This document shows, piece by piece, positions 9,731-19,732 of a stretch of 64,000 nucleotides of DNA (position 1 is its first letter; each line of letters opens with the position of its first letter). Below the pieces are notes generated by a model. That model worked only from the letters and a program-made list of their open reading frames with translations, was not told the origin of the DNA and made no database searches. A program made the translations under genes and the position numbers. This DNA is from Candidatus Marinacidobacterales bacterium (lineage in GTDB: Bacteria; Acidobacteriota; Vicinamibacteria; Marinacidobacterales; SMYC01). The DNA lies in contig OZ250169.1 in the NCBI GenBank assembly GCA_965237955.1, forward strand, positions 5,856,001-5,920,000. Direction: 5' to 3'.

Positions 9731-11038
9731 ATGGCCGAGAAACTGAAGGATATCGGTAGTATTCTCCAGAAAGCGCGGACGTCACGCGGTTTCACTCAGG
9801 CTGAGATCGCACCTCAGCTCGGTGTCTCACGAGCCACCGTCGCCCAGATCGAGACAGGGCGGCGATCCTTGAAAGCTGAAGACCTGCGGCGGCTAGCTGC
9901 CTTCTACGGCTGCAGCCCCAGCGAACTCCTGCCCCGGGCTACCGACGACGAGAAAGTGGATGGCCCTGCCGAGCTGTTCCGCTCCCATCCTGATCTCGCC
10001 GAAGATCGGGGGCTGAGCTCCTTCGCCGGTGTGTGCGCGATGGCGAGAGCTCTCACCCAGCTGGAATCAAGACTCGAGATCGACGTCCTGGCACACCCGC
10101 TTCCTTTGTACAGAATCGAGCGCTCCGATTCGCCGTGGCAAGCGGCGCGGCAAGGACATCGCATCGCGGAGGATGAGCGGCGCCGCCTAGCACTTGGAGA
10201 GGGGCCCGTCCGTTTCGTCGACGAACTGCTCATGACGTCGGGCGTTCGTTCGGCCAGGGCGACTCTGCGTAAGGGAATCATCTCGATTTCCATCGCTGAC
10301 CCGGACCACGGGCTTCTCGTTGTGGTCGACAAGAATCTTAGTCTCGAACACCGCCGCTTTAGATACGCACACGGACTTGCTCATTTCCTGTTCGATACCG
10401 AAGCGCCGTGGCGGGTATGCATTTCTGGCGCGACGCCTGATCTTGTGGAGCTGAGGGCCGACGCTTTTGCAAGCGGCCTTCTGATTCCCCAGCATGGCCT
10501 GCGTCGGTACGTGGAGACCCTCGGCAAGGAGACCGTGGGACGCGCTGGTCCCACGGTGCTCTCCGTGTTTTCAGAGGGCGACGGTCACGACAAGAAGGGC
10601 GAGAGCCGTCGGGTGGATGGTCGCCAGCGCAAGGGTTCTCATCCCATCACCTTGTCGGACGTCCTCCGCACGGCTCACTACTACGGCACGAGCCCTAGAG
10701 TGGCTGCACATCGTTTGAGGAACCTCCGGCTGTTAACGGAACGGGAGCTCGATCAACTAGAAACGATGTTGCAGAGTGAAAAGCATGCGCCCATCGACAG
10801 GGAACTCGCGCTACCGCCGCCAGCACTCCACGAGATGGACTCCCTTTGTTCTCGACTGGCGGTGCTGGCGGCCAGTGCACTCCATCGGGGGAATATCGAT
10901 GCCCCCCGATTCAACGAGCTAGCGGATCTCGCGGGAGTTCGCGTCGCCGACCGAGAGCGTATCTTGGCCATTACGGCGACGCCTCCACGACTAGAGCGTG
11001 AGACTTCTAGCCAAACATCCGAGGCGACGCCTCATTAG
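9731..11038 (+). CDS. XRE HTH + ImmA/IrrE (Peptidase_M78-like) regulator
   Basis: HTH TQAEIAPQLGVSRATVAQIETG; RRFRYAHGLAH; ELRADAFASGLLIP. Confidence 0.82.
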   Translation: MAEKLKDIGSILQKARTSRGFTQAEIAPQLGVSRATVAQIETGRRSLKAEDLRRLAAFYGCSPSELLPRATDDEKVDGPAELFRSHPDLAEDRGLSSFAGVCAMARALTQLESRLEIDVLAHPLPLYRIERSDSPWQAARQGHRIAEDERRRLALGEGPVRFVDELLMTSGVRSARATLRKGIISISIADPDHGLLVVVDKNLSLEHRRFRYAHGLAHFLFDTEAPWRVCISGATPDLVELRADAFASGLLIPQHGLRRYVETLGKETVGRAGPTVLSVFSEGDGHDKKGESRRVDGRQRKGSHPITLSDVLRTAHYYGTSPRVAAHRLRNLRLLTERELDQLETMLQSEKHAPIDRELALPPPALHEMDSLCSRLAVLAASALHRGNIDAPRFNELADLAGVRVADRERILAITATPPRLERETSSQTSEATPH

Positions 11039-11051
11039 AGAAGGAGCATTC

Positions 11052-12329
11052 GTGAAAAGTGAAATCAAGATTGCAATCGCCGGCGTTGGCAACTGTGCCA
11101 GCTCCCTGGTTCAGGGACTCGAGTACTATCGGCACCACGATTCCTCGGAAGCTGCCGGGCTGATCCATCCTGAGCTTGGTGGCTACCGAATCGAGGACGT
11201 CGAGGTTGTTGCTGCATTTGATGTGGATCGACGAAAAGTGGGGCGACCTCTGCACGAGGCCGTTTTTGCCCATCCCAATTGCACAACCGTGTTCCAACGG
11301 GAGCTTTCCGAGAATAGTGTCACGGTCCAGATGGGGCCCGTCTTGGACGGGATTGCGGGTCAAATGGATCGCTATCCCAACGACCGGGCTTTTCGTCTGT
11401 CCGATGCCGAGCCCGTTGATATTGTGGAAGCGCTCGAGGCATCAGGCGCGGAGATCCTCGTCTGCTACCTGCCGGTAGGTTCGGAGAAGGCCGTGCGTCA
11501 CTACGCGCAGGCGTGCCTCGATGCTGGTGTTGCCATGGTCAACTGCGTGCCGGTGTTCATCGCCTCTGAGCCGGCGTTCGCCGAGGAGTTCACGAAGAAA
11601 GGGCTTCCGATCGTAGGCGACGATATCAAGAGCCAGTTCGGCGCCACGCTCCTGCACCGAATCATCACGCGCACACTCGGCGACCGTGGCGTGAAGATCG
11701 AGCGTACCTACCAACTCAACACGGGTGGTAATACCGACTTCCTGAATATGTTGGAACAGACCCGACTCGCGTCCAAGAAGGTCTCAAAGACGGAATCGGT
11801 ACAGTCTCAGCTCGACCAACGCCTCGCGGACGAGAACATTCACATCGGCCCCTCCGACTACGTGCCCTGGCAGAACGACAACAAGATCTGCTTTCTTCGC
11901 ATGGAATGGCGCGGCTTCGGTGACGTTCCCATGAACCTCGAGGCACGACTCTCGGTTGAAGACTCGCCGAACTCCGCGGGCGTGGTCATCGACGCCATCC
12001 GGTGCGCCAAGCTGGCACTCGATCGAAAGATCGGCGGGCCGCTGGACGCCGCATCCGCCTGCATGATGAAGCACCCGCGGAAGCAGATGCGTGACAGCGA
12101 AGCATTCGTTGCGCTCGAGCAGTTCATTCGAGGGCAAGATGCTGTGACCAACGCGCTGCTCTACGACACATCGACGGACTCTCCGGAGAGGCCGGCGTTG
12201 CTGAAGCGGGTTCAGGTTGATCCCCTGCAGGTTCTCGATCACGTTCGCCCTGGGCGGGACCAGAGGGAAGCCGTCGGTGTAAATGCCAATGGCGGCGACC
12301 AGAAGCCCTTTGACGGTACTGTCAGTTGA
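11052..12329 (+). CDS. ino1: myo-inositol-1-phosphate synthase
   Basis: GVGNCASSLVQG, YLPVGSE, GDDIKSQFGAT, YQLNTGGNTDFLNM, EDSPNSAG; AAGGAG before GTG 11052. The C-terminal ~60 aa look atypical. Confidence 0.92.
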   Translation: MKSEIKIAIAGVGNCASSLVQGLEYYRHHDSSEAAGLIHPELGGYRIEDVEVVAAFDVDRRKVGRPLHEAVFAHPNCTTVFQRELSENSVTVQMGPVLDGIAGQMDRYPNDRAFRLSDAEPVDIVEALEASGAEILVCYLPVGSEKAVRHYAQACLDAGVAMVNCVPVFIASEPAFAEEFTKKGLPIVGDDIKSQFGATLLHRIITRTLGDRGVKIERTYQLNTGGNTDFLNMLEQTRLASKKVSKTESVQSQLDQRLADENIHIGPSDYVPWQNDNKICFLRMEWRGFGDVPMNLEARLSVEDSPNSAGVVIDAIRCAKLALDRKIGGPLDAASACMMKHPRKQMRDSEAFVALEQFIRGQDAVTNALLYDTSTDSPERPALLKRVQVDPLQVLDHVRPGRDQREAVGVNANGGDQKPFDGTVS

Positions 12330-12503
12330 GCCGGTGAGTGGGCAGACTGGGCCAGCACCACACGGCGCGACCACGGACATCGATTTCCAGCAGAAATCAT
12401 CAGGCCACGCCGTGTGGCTCTATCATCGCTTCTGTCTCAGCGAAGACATCTTGCCGCAGCGCGGCATCACGGTTTCTTATGAAGCCATCCGCCAGTGGTG
12501 CCT
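12315..12503 (+). mobile_element. IS6-family remnant (left end plus degraded transposase N-terminus)
   Basis: GGTACTGTCA IR-like start; HAVWLYHRFCLS..QRGITVSYEAIRQWC. Confidence 0.72.
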
Positions 12504-12733
12504 GCCGTAGAAGAGGCTTCAGGTTCGGTCGTAGACCGGAAAGGCAATCCGCTCGGTGCTCTGACCGGGCTCGAGCAACGTACCAGCTTGATCGCGGCGG
12601 CAAGCTCAGAACTCGCAAAGGAGATCGCTAATGTCCTCGCTCCATCGAATTACTGAGATCGCAGGAGGCGATCCTGTTACTGAGATCGCAAGAGACTATC
12701 CTGGCGTCCCCATCGTCGTCATGTTGGCGGCTG
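12504..12733 (+). repeat. Diverged copy of the IMPase 3' end / IPCT 5' junction, matching 8666-8873
   Basis: gccgtagaagaggc...aatccgctcggtgctctgac...atgtcctcgctccatc...gtcccca..gtcgt.atgttggcggc occurs at both sites. Confidence 0.8.
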
Positions 12734-14127
12734 GCATGGGTTCCCGTGTGGCTTCGTTGGGCAATGGCCGCCCCAAGCCAACGATTCCTTTGCTCGGCCT
12801 GTCCCTTGCCGAACGGATCATCCTCACCTACCAGGCCTCTGGGCTCCATCACTTCGTCGTGGTGCTGGGCTCCCGAGCGGACGAGGTTCGTGAACACGTC
12901 CTCGACATAGCGGCTCGTCGCGGCTGCGAGGCAGAGTGCGTCGTCGCCAAGGACTGGCGGCTGGGAAACGGCGCCAGTGCTCTCGCCGCCTCCAGTGTCG
13001 TGTCGGAGGAACCCTTTCTGTTGACGATGGCCGATCATCTGATCGACCCGTCGCTGTTGGAGCAGGTGTTGCGCTTCCCTCCCACGGAGGAGGAAATTTG
13101 TCTCGCCGTGGACTCGAACAAAGAGGATCTCCTCGATCTCGAGGACGTGACAAAGGTGCAGGTCGTAAACGGGCGGGTAGTGCAGATTGGAAAAGAGCTG
13201 AGCGACTGGGAGACAGCGGACACAGGGGTTTTCTACTGCACGCAGGCACTCTTCGAGGGTATCCGGCGCGCATCGGCTAAGGGACACTACGGGCTCTCGG
13301 ATGCGGTCAGGGAGCTAGCGGCCGAGCGGCGGGTTCGCGCGGTCGATGTCACCGGCGAGAAATGGATCGATATGGACAACGCCTTCGCGTTCCGCCACGC
13401 GAAGCGGAGGATTCTATCCTCGGTCGTCAAAAATACGGACGACGGCTACGTCTCGCAACATCTCAACCGGCCTCTCTCCTTACGGCTCTCGAGTCTGCTG
13501 GCCGAGGCGCGGATCTCTCCCGACCGCATCACCGTCGCCGCCTTTGTGCTTTCGCTTGGCGGGGCGGCTCTCCTCGCTTTGCCGAGTTATCTGGCCGCGC
13601 TTTTGGGGGGACTCGTGGTACAGCTCTCCTCAGTAATAGACGGCTGTGATGGTGAAGTGGCTCGTCTCAGACAGATCGCCAGCCCCAGGGGAGGTTGGCT
13701 CGATACGATGCTCGACCGCTATGCGGATCTTGCGGTGGTGCTGGCTGTCACCTTTTCTTACTCGTCTTCCTATGCAGGCCATCCGGGGCATCCGGGGGCT
13801 CTCGCGTGGATGGGGGGGTTCCTTTCCCTTTCCGGCTTCTTCATGGCGAGCTACGTGACCAAGGAGTATGCTCTGCGGCACGGCAAACCCTACCCGCCCG
13901 ATTTCCTGAACCGAATCAAACGCCGGGACCTTCGCCTGTTGGGGATTTCAATAGGAGCTGTTTTCGGTGTCGCGTTTCAGGCCATGGTTGCCCTTGGCGT
14001 GCTCAGTCACCTGTGCGTGGCGGGAATCTTGGCCCGCGGCTGGCGGCAAGGGCGCCGTGTCCAGCCAGCCGCATCATTGAGACCTGCACCCGTCCTGAAA
14101 AAGGCACCGGGCCCGGCGGTCGTGTAG
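12631..14127 (+). CDS. Bifunctional IPCT/DIPP synthase-like protein (NTP transferase + CDP-alcohol phosphotransferase)
   Basis: LAAGMGSR..PKP; GNGAS; DTGVF; DGYVSQHLNRPLS; DGCDGEVAR...GGWLDTMLDRYAD. Confidence 0.85.
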   Translation: MSSLHRITEIAGGDPVTEIARDYPGVPIVVMLAAGMGSRVASLGNGRPKPTIPLLGLSLAERIILTYQASGLHHFVVVLGSRADEVREHVLDIAARRGCEAECVVAKDWRLGNGASALAASSVVSEEPFLLTMADHLIDPSLLEQVLRFPPTEEEICLAVDSNKEDLLDLEDVTKVQVVNGRVVQIGKELSDWETADTGVFYCTQALFEGIRRASAKGHYGLSDAVRELAAERRVRAVDVTGEKWIDMDNAFAFRHAKRRILSSVVKNTDDGYVSQHLNRPLSLRLSSLLAEARISPDRITVAAFVLSLGGAALLALPSYLAALLGGLVVQLSSVIDGCDGEVARLRQIASPRGGWLDTMLDRYADLAVVLAVTFSYSSSYAGHPGHPGALAWMGGFLSLSGFFMASYVTKEYALRHGKPYPPDFLNRIKRRDLRLLGISIGAVFGVAFQAMVALGVLSHLCVAGILARGWRQGRRVQPAASLRPAPVLKKAPGPAVV

Positions 14128-14179
14128 ACGGTTCTTCTAGTCGCCTAACGCGCCGCGGTAGACGTCTAGCGCCGCGGGA

Positions 14180-14386
14180 CTCGTCGAACGGGCGCGGGTT
14201 GAAGCCTCCGGTCCACTCGAGGGAGCGTTGCGCGCTCTCGACGTGCGGCGTCGCGAGAACGCCCGGGTCAGCGGTCCGGCGGGTGCGGCGAAAACCTGCA
14301 GCCTTGGCAAGCTCGCCCAGGCGCTCAATGGTACCAGGGCCGAAAACGACCTTCGGCTTCGGGATGTACTCGAACGCCTCCACCAC
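14180..14386 (-). pseudogene. Iron-containing alcohol dehydrogenase N-terminal remnant
   Basis: FEYIPKPKVVFGPGTIERLGELAKAAGFRR...DPGV, then degenerate. Confidence 0.6.
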
Positions 14387-15844
14387 CTATTCGTCGTTCG
14401 CGAGGGCGAACAGCTGATTGCGGCTCGCGATGTACAGCACGCCGTTCGCAGGCGTGGCCGTGCTGTAAACGGAGCTCCCCAGGTTCATCTCGGCGAGGAC
14501 CTTTTCTTCGCGGCCGGGCGCGAGCACGACGACGTCACCATCCTCGTCGCCGAGGTAGATCCTGCCGTCGACGATCATCGCCGACGCCCACACCGCCGCG
14601 AAGGTGTCGTGCACCCAGAGCGGCTCGCCGGTCGCGACGTCGAGCGCGTGGAAGAAACCACTGAAGTCGGGCATGTAGATGATGCCGTCGTGGATCGCCG
14701 GCGTCGACATTGAGCGACGGATCTTGTCGTAGTGCCAGACGCGCCCGGTCTCGGTGATGTCGCCCCGCTTGGTCGCGTCGATGGCGTAGAAGTGGCCGAC
14801 GCCTTCACCATGTTCGGGGTCTTGTCCATTGGCAATGTAGACCTTGTCGTCGTACAGCACCGGGGTACTGATGACATTGTTCCGCGTTCGCGGCCACGTC
14901 GCGTCCTTCGGGTTCGAGTCGAATTCCCAGAGTTTTTCGCCGGTCTCGGCGACGTAACCTCGAATCCAACCGTCGCCCTCACCCATGACGACCTGCACGA
15001 CGCCTCCGAGCGGTCCGACGGCCGCCGAGGACCATTGCCCGTGAAGGATGTTCTCGCCGACGGAGTTGTCCTCCCACACGAGCTCGCCGGTGTTCTTGTT
15101 CAGGGCGATGATTTCAGGGCACATCGGAGAGGGAACGTTGACGTGAGACTCGTCGTGACCGTTCGACGTATTAACGAAAATCAAATCGCCGTACATCACC
15201 GGGGACGAGTTGGCCATGTTGTGCGGGAACGAGCCGAGCTCTTCAATCATGTCGAACTTCCAAATGATGTCGCCGTCGTGCGGGGTCGTGTGCTTCTCGT
15301 CCTGATAGGGTCCGTCGTTCTCGCCATCCATGAATCCTTCGGTGTCGAGCGCGAGAACTTCGCCGCGATTGGTGACGTAGTAGAGGACCTCTCCATCGAC
15401 GATTGGCGATGAGCACACCCCTTGAAACGGCCAGTCATTGACGCGGCCCGCGGGATGCTTGTCGGTCACCATCTGCCAAAGAAACTTCCCATCCTCTTCG
15501 TTGAACGCGGCGAGAATACCTTTGTCACCCGGGACCTCTTTGTCGTAGAGCGCCTCGTTGTTCGTCCCGACGAAGACCTTGCCGCCCGCGACCACCGGGT
15601 TCCCGTACGTCTGCGAGCCGAGACCGGCGATCCACTTCACGTTCTTCTTCGTCTCCACGTCCCACGTTTCGGGGAGCCCGGTCATGGACGACACCATGTT
15701 TCGATCGGGTGTGCCGCCCCACATCGGCCAATCGCCGGGCTTCGATTTTTGGGATTGCTGGGCCCGGGTGGAAGGGGACTGAGAGATGGCGCAAACCAAA
15801 AGCCCGGCCGTCCACAGGAGCTGTCTCGTCGTTTCACCTTTCAT
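14387..15844 (-). CDS. PQQ-binding-like beta-propeller protein
   Basis: DWPMWGG, repeated TGELVW/TGEKLW, SSPV motifs; signal peptide. Confidence 0.8.
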   Translation of the reverse strand: MKGETTRQLLWTAGLLVCAISQSPSTRAQQSQKSKPGDWPMWGGTPDRNMVSSMTGLPETWDVETKKNVKWIAGLGSQTYGNPVVAGGKVFVGTNNEALYDKEVPGDKGILAAFNEEDGKFLWQMVTDKHPAGRVNDWPFQGVCSSPIVDGEVLYYVTNRGEVLALDTEGFMDGENDGPYQDEKHTTPHDGDIIWKFDMIEELGSFPHNMANSSPVMYGDLIFVNTSNGHDESHVNVPSPMCPEIIALNKNTGELVWEDNSVGENILHGQWSSAAVGPLGGVVQVVMGEGDGWIRGYVAETGEKLWEFDSNPKDATWPRTRNNVISTPVLYDDKVYIANGQDPEHGEGVGHFYAIDATKRGDITETGRVWHYDKIRRSMSTPAIHDGIIYMPDFSGFFHALDVATGEPLWVHDTFAAVWASAMIVDGRIYLGDEDGDVVVLAPGREEKVLAEMNLGSSVYSTATPANGVLYIASRNQLFALANDE

Positions 15845-18033
15845 TCGTTCTCTACGACTTTCAGATTGTCGAAAAAGACTTCCGTCGGCGTCGCGTCGGC
15901 GTAGATGCCCGGACTACCCTGTCGATTGGGACTCTCGTCCTGACGCTCGACGAGCCAAGCGGCAGGCTCGTCTTCGTCGCGCGGCCACACTTTGCCGCGA
16001 GCGCGCACGCTGCCGTCATCGAGCGTTGCGACTTCGAGCTTCAAGCGGTACCACGTCTCCGCCCGCCATTGGAATGGAATCCTTGCGGTGCGCTCGGTCT
16101 CGGGATGCCATGACTGCAGCTCGATTCGTTGATGGGTTCCGAGAAGCGAGAGCTGATACCGGCCGGCAACGACGCCGACGACTCCCATCTGCCGCCTCTT
16201 CGTCGTCGCCATGGCGTCGACCTCGACGGTGTAGTTCGACCAATCCGAGGGTCCCATGTAAACGCGAGCACGGCGCAGAAAGGGGTTGTCGGCTTTCTTC
16301 ACCAGCACGTTCGAGCCGTCCAGCTGCCGTAGCTCGTACTTGCCGGCAGAGTTGATCCATTGAGCGGGGAGCGCGGTCATCGTTCCGAAGTCTTCGCTCC
16401 AGGGAAGCGGGGGGACGACGCGGATGCGCGCCGCACCGTTCAGGCCGCCCACGGTTGCGCTCACTTTTCCGGCATGACCCGAAGCTTCCGCGGAAACGGT
16501 GAAACGTCCGTCGACCACGGATCCATCGAGTCCGTCGAGACTCCACGCGGCATCGCCGTTGTCGTCCTTAATGAACCGCCCGGCGGCATCGTAAAGACGC
16601 GCGGTCAACTCCACGGACTCGCCTGGGGCGAGGACGAGCTCGGTCGGTGCCACCTGCAACCACGCCGGCTCTCCCGGGGTGCCGCTCGGACGCGTGCTCG
16701 CCACATCCGACGGTCCCCGACGTCGCTCGCTCCCGATGGCGTAGAGTCTCCGCGCGGTCGCGAGATAGACTCGTCCGTTCGAGATCGCCACCGACGCGTA
16801 GATCTCCTCGAACTCTTCTCCGTCGGTGAGCTCGTCGCGATCGAGAATCTCGGCGCCATCTTCACTGGGCTCGATGATGAAGAACGTCCCGTTGACGGTT
16901 CCGACGTAGAGCTTTCCGTCCGCCAGGACCGGGGAGGCTCTTTGAATCGTGCCCAGGTTCAACTCCCAAAGCTCGGTGCCGGTGGCAAAATCGAACGCCG
17001 TCAAGTTCGCGCTGTTGTCGATGAGGTAGAAGCGATCGCCGTCGAGCACCGGCGATGAATACCCGCCGAGGATTCCGCCCACCGACCACTTGGCGGCGTC
17101 CGCCTCGATGTCGCCCGAGGCGCCCGCATCGATGGCGGCGACGAGCCCCATTTGACTCGTGTTCAAGTTCTCTTCGCCCTGGCTCACGACAGCAACGCCG
17201 TCTTTCAAGATCGCGCCGGCGTTGATCCCACGCTTCGAGTACTCGAAACGCCACACCGACTCTCCGGTCTGGGGCTTCAACGCGTGCATCGCGCCGTCGC
17301 CGCCGCCGGTAATGAGAAGCCGCACACCACCAACCTCGGTTGCGTATGGCGGCGCGTACGTCGTGTCGTAGGGACGTCCGCCTGGCGAGCTGACCCACTG
17401 CGTCTCACCGGTCGTCTTGTCGAAGGCGAAAAAACGCTGACTACCGCGCGCTTGCTCGCCCCAACCGGAGCTCAACCCGCTGACGATGAGAAGGTCTCCT
17501 TCGATGACGGGCGATGCGGTGCGTCCGCCGTGGGTCGTGATCAGACCAAAATCTTCGTTGAGTGATCGATCCCAGAGTAGCTCCCCGTCGGAAGAGAGGC
17601 TCAATAGCAACCCAGCGACAGTGTACACGAACACGTTCGCAGTGGCCGGATCGGCGACGGGCGAGGCCCACCCGACGCGATGAGGAGGCACCTCGCTCAT
17701 GTAGAGATTGATGCGACGCTCCCAAAGGAGCTCTCCAGTATCCGCATGGAAACACATGATGCGCTCTTGCAGGTCGGCACCTTCGCCCGAGGCGTTTTGG
17801 AGATAAACGTGATCGCCGAGAACGATCGGAGTCGAGCGTCCGCCGTAGGGCACGCGCCACGCGAGGTTCTCCCCGTCGGGCGACCACCTCGAAGGGAGCC
17901 CGGTTTCCGACGAGTGGCCGTCCCGCCGAGGGCCGCGCCAATCAGTCCAGTCTTCTGCGCTTGCGGGCATAATCAAGAGCAGGCCCAAGAGAAGGAAAGC
18001 TACGAGGCACGAGAAAATCGTTGTCCTTGTCAT
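15841..18033 (-). CDS. PQQ-binding-like beta-propeller protein with C-terminal extra domains
   Basis: DWTDWRGP, TGELLW repeats, [10 protein letters not shown]. Confidence 0.8.
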   Translation of the reverse strand: MTRTTIFSCLVAFLLLGLLLIMPASAEDWTDWRGPRRDGHSSETGLPSRWSPDGENLAWRVPYGGRSTPIVLGDHVYLQNASGEGADLQERIMCFHADTGELLWERRINLYMSEVPPHRVGWASPVADPATANVFVYTVAGLLLSLSSDGELLWDRSLNEDFGLITTHGGRTASPVIEGDLLIVSGLSSGWGEQARGSQRFFAFDKTTGETQWVSSPGGRPYDTTYAPPYATEVGGVRLLITGGGDGAMHALKPQTGESVWRFEYSKRGINAGAILKDGVAVVSQGEENLNTSQMGLVAAIDAGASGDIEADAAKWSVGGILGGYSSPVLDGDRFYLIDNSANLTAFDFATGTELWELNLGTIQRASPVLADGKLYVGTVNGTFFIIEPSEDGAEILDRDELTDGEEFEEIYASVAISNGRVYLATARRLYAIGSERRRGPSDVASTRPSGTPGEPAWLQVAPTELVLAPGESVELTARLYDAAGRFIKDDNGDAAWSLDGLDGSVVDGRFTVSAEASGHAGKVSATVGGLNGAARIRVVPPLPWSEDFGTMTALPAQWINSAGKYELRQLDGSNVLVKKADNPFLRRARVYMGPSDWSNYTVEVDAMATTKRRQMGVVGVVAGRYQLSLLGTHQRIELQSWHPETERTARIPFQWRAETWYRLKLEVATLDDGSVRARGKVWPRDEDEPAAWLVERQDESPNRQGSPGIYADATPTEVFFDNLKVVENE

Positions 18034-18180
18034 ATTTGTAGAACCGATATCATATCGTTACGTTCACAGGCGTTATTATCTTTTGGGCGCTGCTGTCAGT
18101 CAAAAAGTGCCAAAAATGACAAGATGCGTCAAGAAGTTCACATCGCCGCCAAGCGTCCATCAATCGATAATCGTGGCGTG

Positions 18181-19139
18181 ATGGGCAAGCTCTCAGCAGT
18201 ACTCGTCGGTGTCCTTGCGGTCGCGGCATCGGGCAAACAAGACAAGCCGGAAGGCTATCCCAGATAGTACCGAGAGGTCGAATTGCTGCCGTCAACGCAC
18301 CGACGTACGTTGCCGCGTCCGAGGCCGAGATCAAGCCCAGGTCTTGGGTGCTCGGTGTCGTCATCGATGGCCAGGCCCGCGCCTACAGTCTCAACCTGTT
18401 GAACGCGCACGAAGTCGTGAACGATACCATCGGCGACACCAACTTCGCCGCCGTGTGGTGACCGCTCTCCAATACGGCTGTCGTGTACAGCCGAGACTAC
18501 CGGGGCCGCACGGTGAACTTCGAAGCGTCGGGGGGGCTCGTCAACGCATCGCTGGTCATACAGGACGAGCAAACCGACACCTACTGGTCGATCATGAAAG
18601 GCGAAGCCGTCGCCGGTGAGCTCAGCGGAGAACAACTCGTGGTGCTGCCAATAGGCGAGAAGATTCAGTGGCGCCACTGGAAGGAGCGACATCCGGACAC
18701 TCTCGTATTGTCGGTCAATGGGCGCGAGGATGGCCCGGACGGTTACCGAGACTACTTCCGTGACTCACGGGGCTTCGGAGGTGCTTCGGCAAAAGACGAT
18801 CGACTCGAAACGAAAACGCCGGTGTTCGCATTCCATCGTGGGACGGAATCCTATGCGGTCACGCAAAAGTCGATCGAAGACGGCACGGTCTTCGTGTTGG
18901 AGGATGGCGCGTCCGTGTTCTTGTATCGCCGGAAGGGCAGCTCGATGTTCCACTCAACGCACGCGTTCATCTCGACGAGTGGTTTCGAGCAGCAAAACGG
19001 GGTCTGGGTCGAGAAAGGGAGCGGCGCACGATTTGATAAGACCAGCGGAGAGTTTTCCGGCGTCGAGAGTCTCGGTGGTTTCGACACGTTCTGGTACAAC
19101 TTCAGCCTGAACAACCCCGAGACGTTGCTTCTGGAGTAG
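18181..19139 (+). CDS. DUF3179-family (seleno)protein; in-frame TGA at 18459-18461 and a frameshift near 18260
   Basis: ARAYSLNLLNAHEVVND...VW-U-PLSNT (Cys position of the family), D.QT.TYWS..G.A..GEL.G, FWYNF. Confidence 0.72.
18462..18493 (+). promoter_or_regulatory. Candidate SECIS hairpin
   Basis: CGGCTGT-CGTGT-ACAGCCG, a perfect 7-bp stem 13 nt after the TGA. Confidence 0.6.
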
Positions 19140-19715
19140 GATCGGGCCACTCGTAGGTGACAACAACGGAGACGAACGGCTCGCGAGGGACGAAGTCGAA
19201 GGCCACCTGAGCTCCTGGTTCGGTTTCGTTGATTTGGACACCGATGGTGCCCTCGACCGCGCGGAGTGGGATTTCTACCGGCTCGCTTCGCGCAACGGAA
19301 TCCTGGGGATCCGCGTCGGAAGCGTTGGGGACATGACGAAGCAAAACGTCGTGTGAACGTACGGCAAACGTGTGCCGCAACTCCCGTCGCCGCTCGTGTA
19401 CGAGGATGCCCTCTACATGGTGAACGAAGGCGGTATCGTGACGTTGCTCGAGCCCGACACCGGTGTACTTGTAGCCCAAGGCCGCTTGAAGGGCGTGGTC
19501 GATAGCTACTACGCGTCGCCCGTGGTCGCGGACGAGAAGATTTTCATGGGAGTGAGCTCGGCAAGGTCGCGGTTTTGCGTCCCGGGAGTAGACTCGACGT
19601 CGTCGCGGTGAACGATCTCGACGATCTGATCTACCCAACGCCGGCGATTGACGACGGCCGTCTATTACATTCGCACTCGGAACACGCTGTATTGCTTCGG
19701 CGAAGAGAGTGATTG
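19140..19715 (+). pseudogene. PQQ beta-propeller C-terminal remnant with stop and frameshift
   Basis: VPQLPSPLVYEDALYMV, YYASPVVADEKIF, TPAIDDGRL fragments. Confidence 0.6.
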
Positions 19716-19732
19716 AGTGCTAAGAAACACCC

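Larger units (their letters stand above)
9066..9997 (+). repeat. 467-bp-period tandem duplication (9066-9530 / 9533-9997) of promoter plus XRE HTH; a diverged partial copy lies at ~8880-9062
   Basis: Near-identical copies with about 4 substitutions; ATGs at 9264 and 9731. Confidence 0.92.
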
